Of a stretch of DNA of 56,812 bases, positions 40,709 to 52,000 are shown in pieces. The notes under the pieces are model-generated. The model was not told where the DNA came from. It did not search any database and was given only the letters and a program-made list of their open reading frames with translations. The stretch is taken from positions 1 through 56,812 of the forward strand of contig JBIOXB010000092.1 in NCBI GenBank assembly GCA_044869275.1, in the 5' to 3' direction. Position 1 is the stretch's first letter; every line of letters starts with the position of its first letter. The DNA is from a bacterium. Lineage in GTDB: Bacteria > Zhuqueibacterota > Zhuqueibacteria > Zhuqueibacterales > Zhuqueibacteraceae. The position numbers were made by a program, and so were the translations under genes.

Positions 40709-40984
40709 ATGTCCGTTTTAACCCAAGCATCCTCGCAAATGCTAACCCAGCGCCTGCATCTCAAGCTGGAAAATACGGACTTGCAGGGCATGATCGATGA
40801 GCTCACCACCGCCGCATGGAAAGTGATCTATGCCGGCGAACCGGATCATAGCTTGGCGAATTACCACAATCTGCGCGAAGCATTGGAAGCGGTTTTGCAC
40901 CGGCATGTGGTCGCGTTTGATATTTGCGGCTTGGCCGCGGTGTGCCGGGAGGCTACGGAGATCGATGCCTGGCAACTGAAGTAA
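40709..40984 (+). CDS. hypothetical protein
   Basis: AAGGAGG RBS, 91 aa. Confidence 0.6.
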   Translation: MSVLTQASSQMLTQRLHLKLENTDLQGMIDELTTAAWKVIYAGEPDHSLANYHNLREALEAVLHRHVVAFDICGLAAVCREATEIDAWQLK

Positions 40985-40999
40985 TTCGGGTTTTCCATT

Positions 41000-41089
41000 T
41001 TCGGTGAAGAGCCGGAGCTGGTCGGAGTGGGCGGATCAGGCACGATTTTTTTCGCCGCTTGCAATCTCTGGTGCCTGTTCTGCCAAAAC
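41000..41089 (+). pseudogene. fragment of a PflX-like radical SAM gene
   Basis: FGEEPELVGVGGSGTIFFAACNLWCLFCQN with no start and no downstream continuation. Confidence 0.75.
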
Positions 41090-41116
41090 TGTCCTTGCCA
41101 CAAACCTCCCCCGGTA

Positions 41117-41208
41117 TTCTCATTCCTGAGAAACGCACAATACAAACCGCGGTTTAATTGCAACAAAAATAGCGGTTTTCTCTCGCTTCTTCCTGGCACA
41201 GAGTTTGG
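41117..41208 (+). promoter_or_regulatory. candidate sigma54-type promoter with perfect palindromic site
   Basis: TTCTCA-TTCC-TGAGAA 41117-41132; TGGCACAGAGTTTGG at 41194. Confidence 0.5.
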
Positions 41209-41348
41209 GTTAATTGACTAATGGCACATTTATTCAGGAGTTCAATGGCTGCTTGCTCGCAAAGAGTTGACTGTATTTGCGGGAGTGTAAAGTGGTGGAT
41301 TTCCGTTGAAGTGTTTCGAACAATCCCACCAGTGAGGAGAATTGAATC

Positions 41349-42389
41349 ATGAAAGCATTAGTCTATCACGGCCCGGGCAAACGCGCCTGGGAAGAAAAGC
41401 CCAAACCGGTTTTGAAAGCGGAAACCGATGCCATTGTCAGAATCACGAAAACCACAATTTGCGGAACCGATCTTCATATCATGAAGGGGGATGTTCCCAC
41501 CGTGACGGATGGTCGCATCCTGGGTCACGAAGGCGTCGGCGTCGTTGCGGAAACAGGCAAAGCGGCATCGAATTTCCGCGCCGGCGACAGGGTATTGATT
41601 TCTTGTATTACTTCCTGCAGCAAGTGTGAGGCCTGCAAAAAGGGGCTATACTCCCATTGTGAAAACGGCGGATGGATACTCGGCAACACCATCGATGGCA
41701 CGCAAGCGGAGTACGCCAGAATTCCGTTTGCGGATACCAGTCTCTACCGCGTTCCGGATGGCGTCGACGAAGAGGCCTTGGTGATGTTGAGCGATATTTT
41801 CCCCACCGGATTTGAATGCGGCGTGCTCAATGGCCAGGTCAAGCCCGGAGATACGGTCGCCATCGTGGGCGCCGGCCCGATTGGGCTGGCCTCGCTTTTG
41901 ACCGCGCAGTTTTATTCGCCGGCTGAAATCATCATGATTGATTTGGATGAGAATCGCCTTTCCGTCTCCAAAGAGTTCGGGGCAACGCAGGTGATCAACA
42001 GCAGCGAGGGCAAGGCCGTTGCGCAAGTGCTGGCCTTGACCAAAAACAAAGGAGTTGACGTGGCCATCGAAGCCGTCGGCATTCCGGCGACCTTTGACAT
42101 TTGCCAGGCGATTGTGACGGCGGGCGGCCACATCGCCAACGTCGGCGTGCACGGCAAAAGTGTTGAGCTGCACTTGGAAAAACTCTGGGCGCATAATATC
42201 ACGCTCACCACTCGTCTCGTCGATACCGTGACGACCCCGCTGCTTTTGAAGACGGTGGTATCGGGCAAGCTCCAGCCGAAGAAGTTGATCACCCATCACT
42301 TTGAGTTGCATGATATCATGAAAGCTTATGACACCTTCGGCAATGCTTCGCAGGAGCGCGCCTTGAAAGTTATTTTGACGAAGGCTTAG
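41349..42389 (+). CDS. zinc-dependent alcohol dehydrogenase family protein
   Basis: ICGTDLH, GHEGVG, CSKCEAC..C, GAGPIG. Confidence 0.93.
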   Translation: MKALVYHGPGKRAWEEKPKPVLKAETDAIVRITKTTICGTDLHIMKGDVPTVTDGRILGHEGVGVVAETGKAASNFRAGDRVLISCITSCSKCEACKKGLYSHCENGGWILGNTIDGTQAEYARIPFADTSLYRVPDGVDEEALVMLSDIFPTGFECGVLNGQVKPGDTVAIVGAGPIGLASLLTAQFYSPAEIIMIDLDENRLSVSKEFGATQVINSSEGKAVAQVLALTKNKGVDVAIEAVGIPATFDICQAIVTAGGHIANVGVHGKSVELHLEKLWAHNITLTTRLVDTVTTPLLLKTVVSGKLQPKKLITHHFELHDIMKAYDTFGNASQERALKVILTKA

Positions 42390-42449
42390 GGGGTTGTCCT
42401 CGTGGCGACATTTAGACTCTACCGTAGAGACGATTGGAGAATTTCTGAA

Positions 42450-42908
42450 ATGAACCTGATGCAACTTTTGCAGGAGCGCGGCGGCGACATTCTTCGTGAG
42501 GCTTATCAAATGATGTCGCGTGCGCGATTGAAAAACTATGAAGCTGCCGGCGTGCAGCAGATACAACAACGACTGCAGGCGCTTTATGAGCTCGTGACAC
42601 GCAGCGTTGCCGAAAGAAATCTCGTGCCGATGCGAATGTATGCCAAAGCGATCGCCACCGAACGATTTGAAGCCGGCTTTGATCTTTGGGAAGTGCAAAC
42701 CGCCTTCAACGTTTTGGAGGAAACCATTTGGAAGTGCATTCTGAATGAAATGCAGCCGGAGCAGTATGCCGAAGCCCTGAGTTTGGTGAGCACGGTGCTG
42801 GGCACCGGCAAAGACACGCTCGCTCGAACTTATGTCGCACTGGCCAGCAAAACCAAAACGCCAGTTCTCAACGTGCAATATTTGTTCAACGGCCCTGAGG
42901 GTTTCTGA
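42450..42908 (+). CDS. hypothetical helical protein (RsbRD N-terminal/globin-like)
   Basis: IATERFEAGFDLWEVQTAFNVLEE pattern. Confidence 0.6.
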   Translation: MNLMQLLQERGGDILREAYQMMSRARLKNYEAAGVQQIQQRLQALYELVTRSVAERNLVPMRMYAKAIATERFEAGFDLWEVQTAFNVLEETIWKCILNEMQPEQYAEALSLVSTVLGTGKDTLARTYVALASKTKTPVLNVQYLFNGPEGF

Positions 42909-42946
42909 AGTGGGATCTCAGGGAATCACACTGCCCGTCAAGATAA

Positions 42947-43978
<1,032 letters not shown>

Positions 43979-44052
43979 TGGCGACGAAGCTGCAATCCGT
44001 CGCTCCAACAATCCGGAAATCCATCAATCCAACTCATGTGAAGGAGGGTGCT

Positions 44053-44283
44053 ATGCCGGCCGGCCTAGCCGTTGATCACCGTCGCTTATATCGCTTGCCC
44101 TGGTCATTACCCGACAACGCCATCTCCTGGCTTGAGCCGACCTCGGCCTGCAATTTGTCCTGCGACGGCTGCCCGGACATGACGCTGTGGAACGGTGAGT
44201 TGGTGTGGTCGTGTCGTATGGAAGAGTTGAAGCATTTCGGCTGTTGGATACGGTCGGTGCCCTGCGCCGCGGGCGGAGAATGA
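44053..44283 (+). pseudogene. radical SAM gene reduced by internal deletion
   Basis: AAGGAGG RBS; CNLSCDGC motif joined directly to a short C-terminal PDMTLWNGELVWSCRMEE; 76 aa. Confidence 0.65.
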
Positions 44284-44374
44284 AGATGGCCTACATAAAT
44301 GGATTGATGGACCCCGGATTGCTTGTAAAAATCCCAGGATCCATCAATCCAACCCTCCTGTGACTGGCCCGTGG

Positions 44375-44644
44375 CTAGGAAAGTTGCGCAAGGCAGCGCT
44401 GGGCACAGCCGCTTTTTTCCGGCCATAAGGAGCAATCGCGAACACGCAACTGTGTTTTGTCCCTGGCCGCGCCCCAAGCCGCTGCCTTCGCATCGATGCG
44501 CACCGAGGCGGTTTTTTCTTCTTCGGGACAGGTTAGGCTGCGGCGCTTGTGATAACGCCAGAAAGCGTCCAACATCACCGGTAGCACGACGTAGACGGCG
44601 CCCAACGCGGCAATGGCAGCAAGGAGAAGCAGAGGACGTTCCAT
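44375..44644 (-). CDS. small membrane-anchored Cys-containing hypothetical protein
   Basis: GGGAG RBS; N-terminal TM; TCPE..CSLWPE..C...C. Confidence 0.7.
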   Translation of the reverse strand: MERPLLLLAAIAALGAVYVVLPVMLDAFWRYHKRRSLTCPEEEKTASVRIDAKAAAWGAARDKTQLRVRDCSLWPEKSGCAQRCLAQLS

Positions 44645-44880
44645 CTCATACTCCCTTCGAAGCTTGAAGTTCGGTGCGATTCTGTTGCACAATGAACCGT
44701 CCGGACGCTGCCATTTAGCCCACAACGTCCCAGAAAGTTAATGAAGTCGATAACTTATGACTAATTCCATCGCATACGCGCCCGGACGGTACTATCCAAT
44801 TCTTGGGGAAAGCAAATGGCGTGCAATTGTAATGAAGATCACGAAAACAATCTTTTAAGCCGATCTAAATCCTCCACATT

Positions 44881-45024
44881 TTCTTAATCCTGCAATTTTC
44901 ACCCGCCATTTTCGTGAGTTTGAGAAAAAGTGAAAGAACAGCGACCCAATTACACCGCCTAAACCTTTGAAATTGCTTCAAACTCTCGCCTGATCTCACA
45001 CCTTTTCCCGGCATAATTATTGAC
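44881..45024 (+). promoter_or_regulatory. candidate sigma54-type promoter with paired palindromic upstream sites
   Basis: Sites 44881-44896 and 44911-44926; CGGCATAATTATTGAC at 45009; near-identical to 48338-48474. Confidence 0.55.
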
Positions 45025-45031
45025 CTTTCCT

Positions 45032-45171
45032 AAAGAGTTCTTGGAAGGCTTTCATCATGACGCTCATCAGCTATTACCTTCCCGCTGGAGCGCATTGCAT
45101 GGCACGACGAATACTTCACCAGGCGCCAGCGCTAACCCAAAATCGATTCTTACTCCGGCATCATCTATCAA
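45032..45171 (+). pseudogene. decayed, internally deleted citrate synthase remnant
   Basis: 45032-45067 aligns to gltA 10636-10671 (KKFMEGFHHDAH); 45085-45171 aligns to gltA 11299-11385 (LERIALQDEY..YSGIIYQ). Confidence 0.8.
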
Positions 45172-45220
45172 TTCATCGATCCAACAATCCATCAATGCAC
45201 TTCACTGAGAGGAGGCACTT

Positions 45221-45808
45221 ATGCCAATGAAAAAGATTCTCATTCTGGTAGGCGACTTCGTAGAGGACTACGAAGTGATGGTTCCTTTCCAGATGCTAAC
45301 GATGGTTGGCCATCATGTCGACGCCGTGTGCCCCGGAAAAAAGAGTGGCGACAAAGTGCGCACGGCCATCCATGATTTTGAGGGCGATCAAACTTACAGC
45401 GAAAAGCCCGGCCATGGCTTTGTGCTAAATGCGACTTTTGAAAAAGTCCACCCTGAGAATTACGACGCGCTGGTGATTCCAGGTGGGCGCGCGCCCGAGT
45501 ACCTCCGTCTGAACGAAAAAGTCCTCGCTGTGGTGCAGCATTTTGCCAAGGCCAGCAAGCCCATCGCCGCCATTTGCCACGGCGCGCAACTGCTCGCTGC
45601 GGCGAATGTGATCGAAGGAAAGACCATTTCGGCCTATCCTGCGGTCAAGCCGGAAGTCTTGCGCGCCGGCGCCAAGTGGGGTGAGGTCAACAGCACTTTC
45701 AACAATGCCCATGTCGATGGCAACTTTGTCACCGCCGCGGCCTGGCCGGCGCACCCCGAATGGATCAGAAAGTTCCTGGAAGTTTTGGGAACGAAAATCA
45801 CACTGTGA
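45221..45808 (+). CDS. DJ-1/PfpI family protein
   Basis: [20 protein letters not shown]. Confidence 0.93.
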   Translation: MPMKKILILVGDFVEDYEVMVPFQMLTMVGHHVDAVCPGKKSGDKVRTAIHDFEGDQTYSEKPGHGFVLNATFEKVHPENYDALVIPGGRAPEYLRLNEKVLAVVQHFAKASKPIAAICHGAQLLAAANVIEGKTISAYPAVKPEVLRAGAKWGEVNSTFNNAHVDGNFVTAAAWPAHPEWIRKFLEVLGTKITL

Positions 45809-45993
45809 GTTTTTGGAGGTTTGGAGTGGTGGAGTGCTGGATTGTTGGAAGCATGGATTAATGGACGGCAAGCATGCTTTTGTACTACTCCATGAAGTCA
45901 AAATTCAGCACTTCGCTTTTCCAAAAATGCGATGAGAACAGGCTTCATGCGACGAATCTAGATTTCACCTTTTAATCTTGAGGAGCTTGAAGA

Positions 45994-48150
45994 ATGAGCT
46001 TCGCAACCTGGGAACGCATTCTGTTGGCCATTCTGGTGGCGGGCACCATCGCACTTTTTGCGAAAGACCTGTCCAAAAAGATTGGCCTGATTCTCGCCGG
46101 TAAACCTGATCGTTCCCGCACCGATCGCCTTGGAGCGCGCATACTGCGCGCTGTGAAGGAAGTCATATTGCAGTCGCGCGTGGTTGGCGGCCGCCCGGTT
46201 GCCGGCCTCATGCACGCCGCCGTGTTCTTTGGTTTTCTCGCCTTTGGTCTGGAAACCATTGACCATTTTTGCGAGGGTTTCGGTGTGCCATTCCTGCTGC
46301 CGATCTTGGGGAGCTACCTGACGGTCTTCCACAAATTCCTCGCCGTGATCGCGATTTTGGTCAGCTTCGCAATAATCGGTCTGGCTTTCCGCCGTTTCGT
46401 GCTGGTCAAGATTTCGCCCGATCCCAAATCCTACAGCTCCGGCTGGGTGGCACTGTTGATCTTGCTGTTGATGCTCACTTATCTGAACGGCGTTCGCGCC
46501 GAGCCCATCGCCGAGAAAGCGAATTGGTGGTTGCATGCGCTGATCATCATCGTCTTCCCGCACCTCATTCTGCGCTCCAAGCATTTCCACATCTTGATGG
46601 CGCCCGTCAATATCTTTTTTCGAACGCACCAGCTTGGCGAATACGCGCCGCTCCTTCTCGACCCGGACAAGTTGGCGGATACGGATAGCGTTGCCCTGGG
46701 GCTCGAAAGCATGGCCGACGTGCCGTGGAAGATGCGCATGGATTTTCTGACTTGTGTCGAGTGCAAACGGTGCACCGACCAATGCCCGGCCGCAGCCTGT
46801 GGCCAGGAGCTCAATCCACGCGGCTTCATTCTTGCCGGACGTGAAGCGTTGGGCAAGAATGGTAAAAATGGACCGGTCATCGATACCATCATCTCGGAAG
46901 CCGCGCTCGGACAGTGCACCAGTTGTGGCGCATGTGAAAATATTTGTCCAGTTGGCATTGAGCACCTGCAATTGCTGTTGGGGGCCAAACGCGCGCAGGC
47001 TTTGGCCATTGGCAAAGGCATGGTCGCCACGGAGTTCCTGGAAAGGATGGAGAACTATGGCAACCCATTCGCCGCCGGCAAAGAAGTGCGCGCCAGGTTG
47101 ATTGATGAGCTCCAGATTCCTTTATTCGAAAAGGACAAAACCGAATACCTATTGTGGCTGGGTTGTGTCTGGTCCTACAATGCCGATGCGCGCAGTAGTG
47201 TCGCAGCAATGACCAAAGTATTGCAGCAGGCTGGCGTCAGCTTCGGGGTTTTGGAGCACGAGATATGCTGCGGCCACCACTCGCGCCGGCAGGGGGAGGA
47301 AATGCAGTTTCAAAATCTGGCAAGGGATAACATGGTTATGCTGCAGCAGCAAGGGGTTGGAAAAATCGTTTCTCCGTGCCCGCACTGCTTGCACACCATG
47401 CGACGCGAGTACGCGTCCCTGCAAAAGGATTTTGCAGTCGACGTCGTCCACCATTCCGAACTGCTGGTGAGTCTGATCGACCGCGGCGCGATTCAGCTTG
47501 CGGCCACAAACGGAACGACCAAGCAAGTGACTTATCATGATCCCTGTTATCTTGGCCGTTACGAAAAAATTTATACGGCGCCACGGCAAGTGATCCGGAA
47601 AGCGGGATTCGGCCTGCTTGAATTGCCACGCCATGCTGAAAAATCCTTTTGCTGCGGCGGCGGCAGCGCCGGATTTGTGCGCGAGCAGAAAGTGGCCAAA
47701 CGCGTGGATCAGGAACGGAAGGCTGAAATCGCAGCTTCCGGTGCCAAAGTACTGGTCACCGCCTGCCCGGAATGCAAAATGATGCTCAACGCTGCCGTCG
47801 AAGAAAGCAAAGACTTGGCGGAGTTGATTGCCGAATCTATGCTCTTTGTCGAGCCTGAAGCAAGAGAACTCGTATCTACCAAGGAGAGTGCCATGTTAGT
47901 CGACTACGAAACCACGACTGGCATCGCGGAAAAAATTCGCGAATACTTCATTTTTCATCCGGATGAGAAATTGCATCTGCTGGGCATTGTCAAGCACGCT
48001 CGTGTTAGCGGCAAACTGAAAGATCTGCGGCGGATCGCAGATGAACTGGTCGCACAAGGCGATCTGGTCGTCGAAAAGCGCTTTGGCGCAAGATACTACA
48101 GACTGGCGTCGCCAGCGAATCACAATGGCGCAGGGAATGCGCGCTGGTAG
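45994..48150 (+). CDS. membrane-bound Fe-S oxidoreductase (FadF/GlpC/HdrD-like, CCG domains)
   Basis: N-terminal TMs; CVECKRCTDQCP, CTSCGACENICP; ICCG, YHDPC, FCCGGG. Confidence 0.9.
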   Translation: MSFATWERILLAILVAGTIALFAKDLSKKIGLILAGKPDRSRTDRLGARILRAVKEVILQSRVVGGRPVAGLMHAAVFFGFLAFGLETIDHFCEGFGVPFLLPILGSYLTVFHKFLAVIAILVSFAIIGLAFRRFVLVKISPDPKSYSSGWVALLILLLMLTYLNGVRAEPIAEKANWWLHALIIIVFPHLILRSKHFHILMAPVNIFFRTHQLGEYAPLLLDPDKLADTDSVALGLESMADVPWKMRMDFLTCVECKRCTDQCPAAACGQELNPRGFILAGREALGKNGKNGPVIDTIISEAALGQCTSCGACENICPVGIEHLQLLLGAKRAQALAIGKGMVATEFLERMENYGNPFAAGKEVRARLIDELQIPLFEKDKTEYLLWLGCVWSYNADARSSVAAMTKVLQQAGVSFGVLEHEICCGHHSRRQGEEMQFQNLARDNMVMLQQQGVGKIVSPCPHCLHTMRREYASLQKDFAVDVVHHSELLVSLIDRGAIQLAATNGTTKQVTYHDPCYLGRYEKIYTAPRQVIRKAGFGLLELPRHAEKSFCCGGGSAGFVREQKVAKRVDQERKAEIAASGAKVLVTACPECKMMLNAAVEESKDLAELIAESMLFVEPEARELVSTKESAMLVDYETTTGIAEKIREYFIFHPDEKLHLLGIVKHARVSGKLKDLRRIADELVAQGDLVVEKRFGARYYRLASPANHNGAGNARW

Positions 48151-48337
48151 TCAGGGCGTTGGAGAGCATCTTTAGAAATGGATTTAGGAAACCTGCAGCA
48201 GGCAGCGCTGGCCGCAGCCACTCTTTTCCAGCCACAGCGAGCAGGCGTAAACGTGCAGTTGCCTGCCGTCCGTAGCCGCGCTCCAAGCAGGCCTTTTCGC
48301 ATGATTTGAACGGAAGCGATGTTTTTCTGCTCATGAT

Positions 48338-48470
48338 TTCTTAATCCTGCAACTTCCCGGAAATATTTTCGCGACGTTGAGAAAAATCCCCAAAATGTTC
48401 TCCCGTTATACCAGATAAGCCGTTGGATTTCCTTAATTCTTTCCCCTCCCGTTGCGGCATAGTTATTGAC
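48338..48470 (+). promoter_or_regulatory. candidate sigma54-type promoter with paired palindromic upstream sites
   Basis: Sites 48338-48353 and 48368-48383; CGGCATAGTTATTGAC at 48455. Confidence 0.55.
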
Positions 48471-48614
48471 CTTTTCTCATTTTGGCCTGGTGTATTCCTA
48501 TTCTGCCGGTCATCCCAAGCCGATGCCCTCCGCGCGAGCGATGCAGCTTATCGGCTATTTGGCCGTATACGCTGGATGAAATCGATCCCGAGGACAGACG
48601 AATCGTAAGGAAGC

Positions 48615-49751
48615 TTGCCGAACCAACAACGAAAGCATGTGAGGGCTGAAAACTTGAACGACACCTCCGAGCCGAAGCTCGCACAAACGTTGATGCAAGA
48701 CGTGCGCCGCGGCGATCTCAAACGCACCATTCGCCGCGATTGGAGCGAGCTCAAAGAGTTCTATCTGGATCAGCAGCGGCAGATCCGGCTGCAAGAAATG
48801 GGGAAGGTCAAGCGGTTCTTTGTCATGACGTGGTGGCTGCTCAAGAGCCTTTTTTTCAAATTGACGCCGGTGCGGCGGGTGTTGTTGGTGATTAGTTTTT
48901 TGCTCACTTTTCAGGGGGGCACGGTTGGCTGCCAAGGCGACAACGTTCAGATCACCGGTGATACCGGAAAGGCCGGCTTCGCCATTCTGCTGTTTATTCT
49001 GATGCTGGAGCTGAAGGACAAGTTACTGGCGCAAAGTGAGCTTGCCACCGGCCGCGCGGTGCAGCGCGCGCTCATGCCCAAGCGCAATCCCGTCGTGCGC
49101 GGCTGGGAGATCTGGATGACGACGAAACCGGCCAATGAAGTCAGCGGCGATTTTGTCGATTATTTGGAATTGGGGGAGCAGCGCTTCGGACTGGCGCTGG
49201 GTGACGTGGCGGGCAAGGGCCTCAAAGCCGCGTTGTTGATGGTGAAATTGCAGGCCACGCTGCGCGCGCTGGCCGCAGATTTTCATTCGCTCGTCGAGCT
49301 GGGTGCGAAGGTCAATGCCATTCTTCGCCGCGATGGCCTGCCGGATAGTTTTGCTACGCTGTTGTATTTGGAATTGCAGCCCGATTCCGGCAAAGTTCGC
49401 TTGCTGAACGCCGGCCACCTGCCGCCGCTGTTGTGTCGAGGGTATGCGATCACCGAGATTGCGCAAGGCACCGCAGCACTGGGTCTCATGTCGGGGGCGG
49501 CATTTTCCGAACAGCACCTCGAAATGCAAACCGGCGACGGGCTGGTAATTTATTCCGACGGCTTGACCGAAGCGCGCAATGAAGCTGGCGCGTTCTTTGG
49601 CGAGCCACGCCTGTTTTCCTTCTTGCCCACGCTCGCAGGGTTGCCGGCGAATGAAATCGGAACCAAGCTGTTGGCGGAAGTCCAAGGCTTTGTCGGCGAG
49701 GCCAGAGCGCATGACGATCTTTCCTTGATCGTGTTGAAACGCCTCGCGTGA
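48615..49751 (+). CDS. SpoIIE/PP2C serine phosphatase (RsbU-like), membrane-associated
   Basis: EVSGDFVD, GDVAGKG, NAGH, YSDGLTEA, HDDLS; start uncertain. Confidence 0.9.
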   Translation: MPNQQRKHVRAENLNDTSEPKLAQTLMQDVRRGDLKRTIRRDWSELKEFYLDQQRQIRLQEMGKVKRFFVMTWWLLKSLFFKLTPVRRVLLVISFLLTFQGGTVGCQGDNVQITGDTGKAGFAILLFILMLELKDKLLAQSELATGRAVQRALMPKRNPVVRGWEIWMTTKPANEVSGDFVDYLELGEQRFGLALGDVAGKGLKAALLMVKLQATLRALAADFHSLVELGAKVNAILRRDGLPDSFATLLYLELQPDSGKVRLLNAGHLPPLLCRGYAITEIAQGTAALGLMSGAAFSEQHLEMQTGDGLVIYSDGLTEARNEAGAFFGEPRLFSFLPTLAGLPANEIGTKLLAEVQGFVGEARAHDDLSLIVLKRLA

Positions 49752-49998
49752 GAGGGCTGCTGATGTTGCCGTGTGGTCTGGGCTTCTTATCGAGTTCGCC
49801 ACCTCAGTTTTATTCAAAGCACGGAGGCGTGAGTCACTGCAGGCGTCGCGATCAATCGCAGCGACCGCTTGATTCATTTTAGACGCGCTGGTACATGGAC
49901 AAGGAGCATAGAATGTCGCAGTCAAAACTGCATCAAGCGACGGGTGCTGAAAACGTTGATGCAGGCTGGAAGAGTCTTTACAAAGTGGCGGTAGGAGC

Positions 49999-50358
49999 AT
50001 GGTTATGGACTTCACCGAAGAAACAGTCAATCACGTCAGAATCTTGCGGTTGAGCGGCAAGATCATGGGAGATGAAAAAACGCAACTCATGTGCGTTCGC
50101 CTCAAAGATATGATCGCAGCAGGCGGGCAACGCATGGTGATGGATTTTCGCGAGGTGAGTTGGATCAACAGCAGCGGTATCGGCACGATCATCGCCTGCT
50201 TGACCTCCTTGCGCGAGCATGGCGGCGACATCCGCTTTGCCAATCTGCATCACATGAGCCAGCAGTATTTTCATCTGACCAAGCTGGAAACCGTTGTGCA
50301 GATGTTTGACAGCGTCGAAGCGGCGGTGGCGAGCTTTGCACCGGCACAAAAGTGCTGA
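49999..50358 (+). CDS. STAS domain anti-sigma factor antagonist
   Basis: VSWINSSGIG motif; AGGAG RBS. Confidence 0.9.
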   Translation: MVMDFTEETVNHVRILRLSGKIMGDEKTQLMCVRLKDMIAAGGQRMVMDFREVSWINSSGIGTIIACLTSLREHGGDIRFANLHHMSQQYFHLTKLETVVQMFDSVEAAVASFAPAQKC

Positions 50359-50374
50359 TTTCGGAGATCGCAAC

Positions 50375-51178
50375 ATGCCCGGTGCCCATCGTGCACAACT
50401 GATCGAGGTCACTGCGGAAAATGTCGCGGAGACGGGCTTTTTCTGCTGCATGAGCAAACCCAAATCCCAAGGCTACCAGTCAAAGCTGAACTGGCTCAAG
50501 GCACGATTCGCTGAAGGGATGCGGATCAAAATGTACAAACTGCCGCAGCGAGGGTTCATCGAATATATCCCTGGCGAGTGCGCCTGGCGCACCGTCGAGG
50601 CCAAGGGCTACATGTTCATCCACTGTCTGTGGGTGGTTGGCAAAAGCAAAAACCAGGGATTGGGCGGGCGTTTACTCAAGGCGTGCATCGAGGAAGCTCG
50701 CGACGCAGGCATGCATGGTGTGGCCATGCTGGCGAGTGAAGGAAACTGGCTGGCCGGCAAAAAGCTCCTGCTCAAACACGGTTTCAAATCGGTGGCACAG
50801 GCGCCACCGTCATTCGACTTGATCGCGATGAAATTCGATAATGCACCACCACCGGTACTATTGAACAGTTGGGAAAAGAAAGCGGCACAGTTCGCGCTCG
50901 GGCTCACCGTATTTCGCTCAGATCAATGCCCGTATATCGATGATGCTGTCAAAACGGTGTTGCACACGGCGCAAAGACTCGGCCTCGAAAGCCGTGTGGT
51001 TGAGCTAAAGACTTCTGAAGAGGTCCGGAATCTCGCGCCCTCGCCTTATGGCGTGTTTAGCATCGTGTACAACGGGAAACTGTTGTCGCATCACTATCTG
51101 CTCGAGAAAGAACTATTGAAGCGTCTGCAAGCAGAAGTCTCTCCGTTCAGCTCTCCTCACCGTTCGCTCGACCGCTAG
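50375..51178 (+). CDS. GNAT N-acetyltransferase with YoaP-like domain
   Basis: FIEYIPGE, IHCLWV, QGLGGRLL, QCPY, APSPYG. Confidence 0.85.
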   Translation: MPGAHRAQLIEVTAENVAETGFFCCMSKPKSQGYQSKLNWLKARFAEGMRIKMYKLPQRGFIEYIPGECAWRTVEAKGYMFIHCLWVVGKSKNQGLGGRLLKACIEEARDAGMHGVAMLASEGNWLAGKKLLLKHGFKSVAQAPPSFDLIAMKFDNAPPPVLLNSWEKKAAQFALGLTVFRSDQCPYIDDAVKTVLHTAQRLGLESRVVELKTSEEVRNLAPSPYGVFSIVYNGKLLSHHYLLEKELLKRLQAEVSPFSSPHRSLDR

Positions 51179-51521
51179 CGCGGCCGGAGAAGGGCCGTTA
51201 TTTCAACAGTAAAAATGAAGCGACCATCACGAATTTCTGGAATGCCGCCACCGCCGGCAATTGTGCAAGCCACGCATTTTTCTTCATGGGATTCCTCGCC
51301 GCAACTTTTCTGAATTATGCGGAGAAGAAGTGGCTGAATTGGGTGATGGGAGTGGTTTTCTTCCTGCTGCTCCTGATGCCTATCGCCGGTTTGTTGACGC
51401 GCCACCATTGAGAATCATAAGGCTGGATGCCGTCCACCGCGAATGAACGCCAATAAAAATTAGCGCACATTTGCGTGAATTGGCGGTTCATGGTGAATCA
51501 TAAAATGAGAGAAAGAACATT

Positions 51522-51941
51522 ATGGAAACGAATATATTCATGGACAAGTCGGTCAAACCGGACGACCGGCAACTTGCACACGCGCTCGGAGAAAAAGCAA
51601 CATTTTGGGAAGCGATCAAGAAGCACCTCGCGCAAAATTACGGTGAAGTCAATGAAGAGTGGAAATTCTATAACGCCAAATCCGGGTGGACATTGAAAGC
51701 TTTGCTCAAAAAGCGGAATCTATTTTTCCTCACCCCGTCGCCGGAATTTTTCCGGCTGGCTTTTGTATTCGGTGACAAAGCCGTCGCTGTGGTTGAGCGC
51801 AGCGATTTACCTGAAGATATAAAGAACGAATTAAAGCTGGCGCGAAAATATGCCGAAGGCCGGGGCATTCGCATTACAGTTAAATCTCAAAAAGACGTCG
51901 AGTACGTGAAAAAACTGATTGATATCAAAATCAGCAATTGA
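51522..51941 (+). CDS. DUF3788-like protein
   Basis: EWKFYNAKSGW, FVFGDKA, YAEGRG. Confidence 0.75.
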   Translation: METNIFMDKSVKPDDRQLAHALGEKATFWEAIKKHLAQNYGEVNEEWKFYNAKSGWTLKALLKKRNLFFLTPSPEFFRLAFVFGDKAVAVVERSDLPEDIKNELKLARKYAEGRGIRITVKSQKDVEYVKKLIDIKISN

Positions 51942-52000
51942 AATAGCTGGAGAGCAGGTAGCTTTTATCAAATCAAATCTCATCTGAAAGGAAAGGAATC

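Noticed and set aside
10270..42878. Long minus-strand ORFs (e.g. 10270-11625, 22031-23212, 23704-24894, 26688-27935, 31754-32878, 41646-42878)
   Set aside because: Antisense shadows of well-supported plus-strand genes in GC-rich DNA, with no recognisable motifs.
49755..49995. Possible small gene or RNA between the PP2C and STAS genes
   Set aside because: No motif, RBS or convincing structure could be identified by eye.
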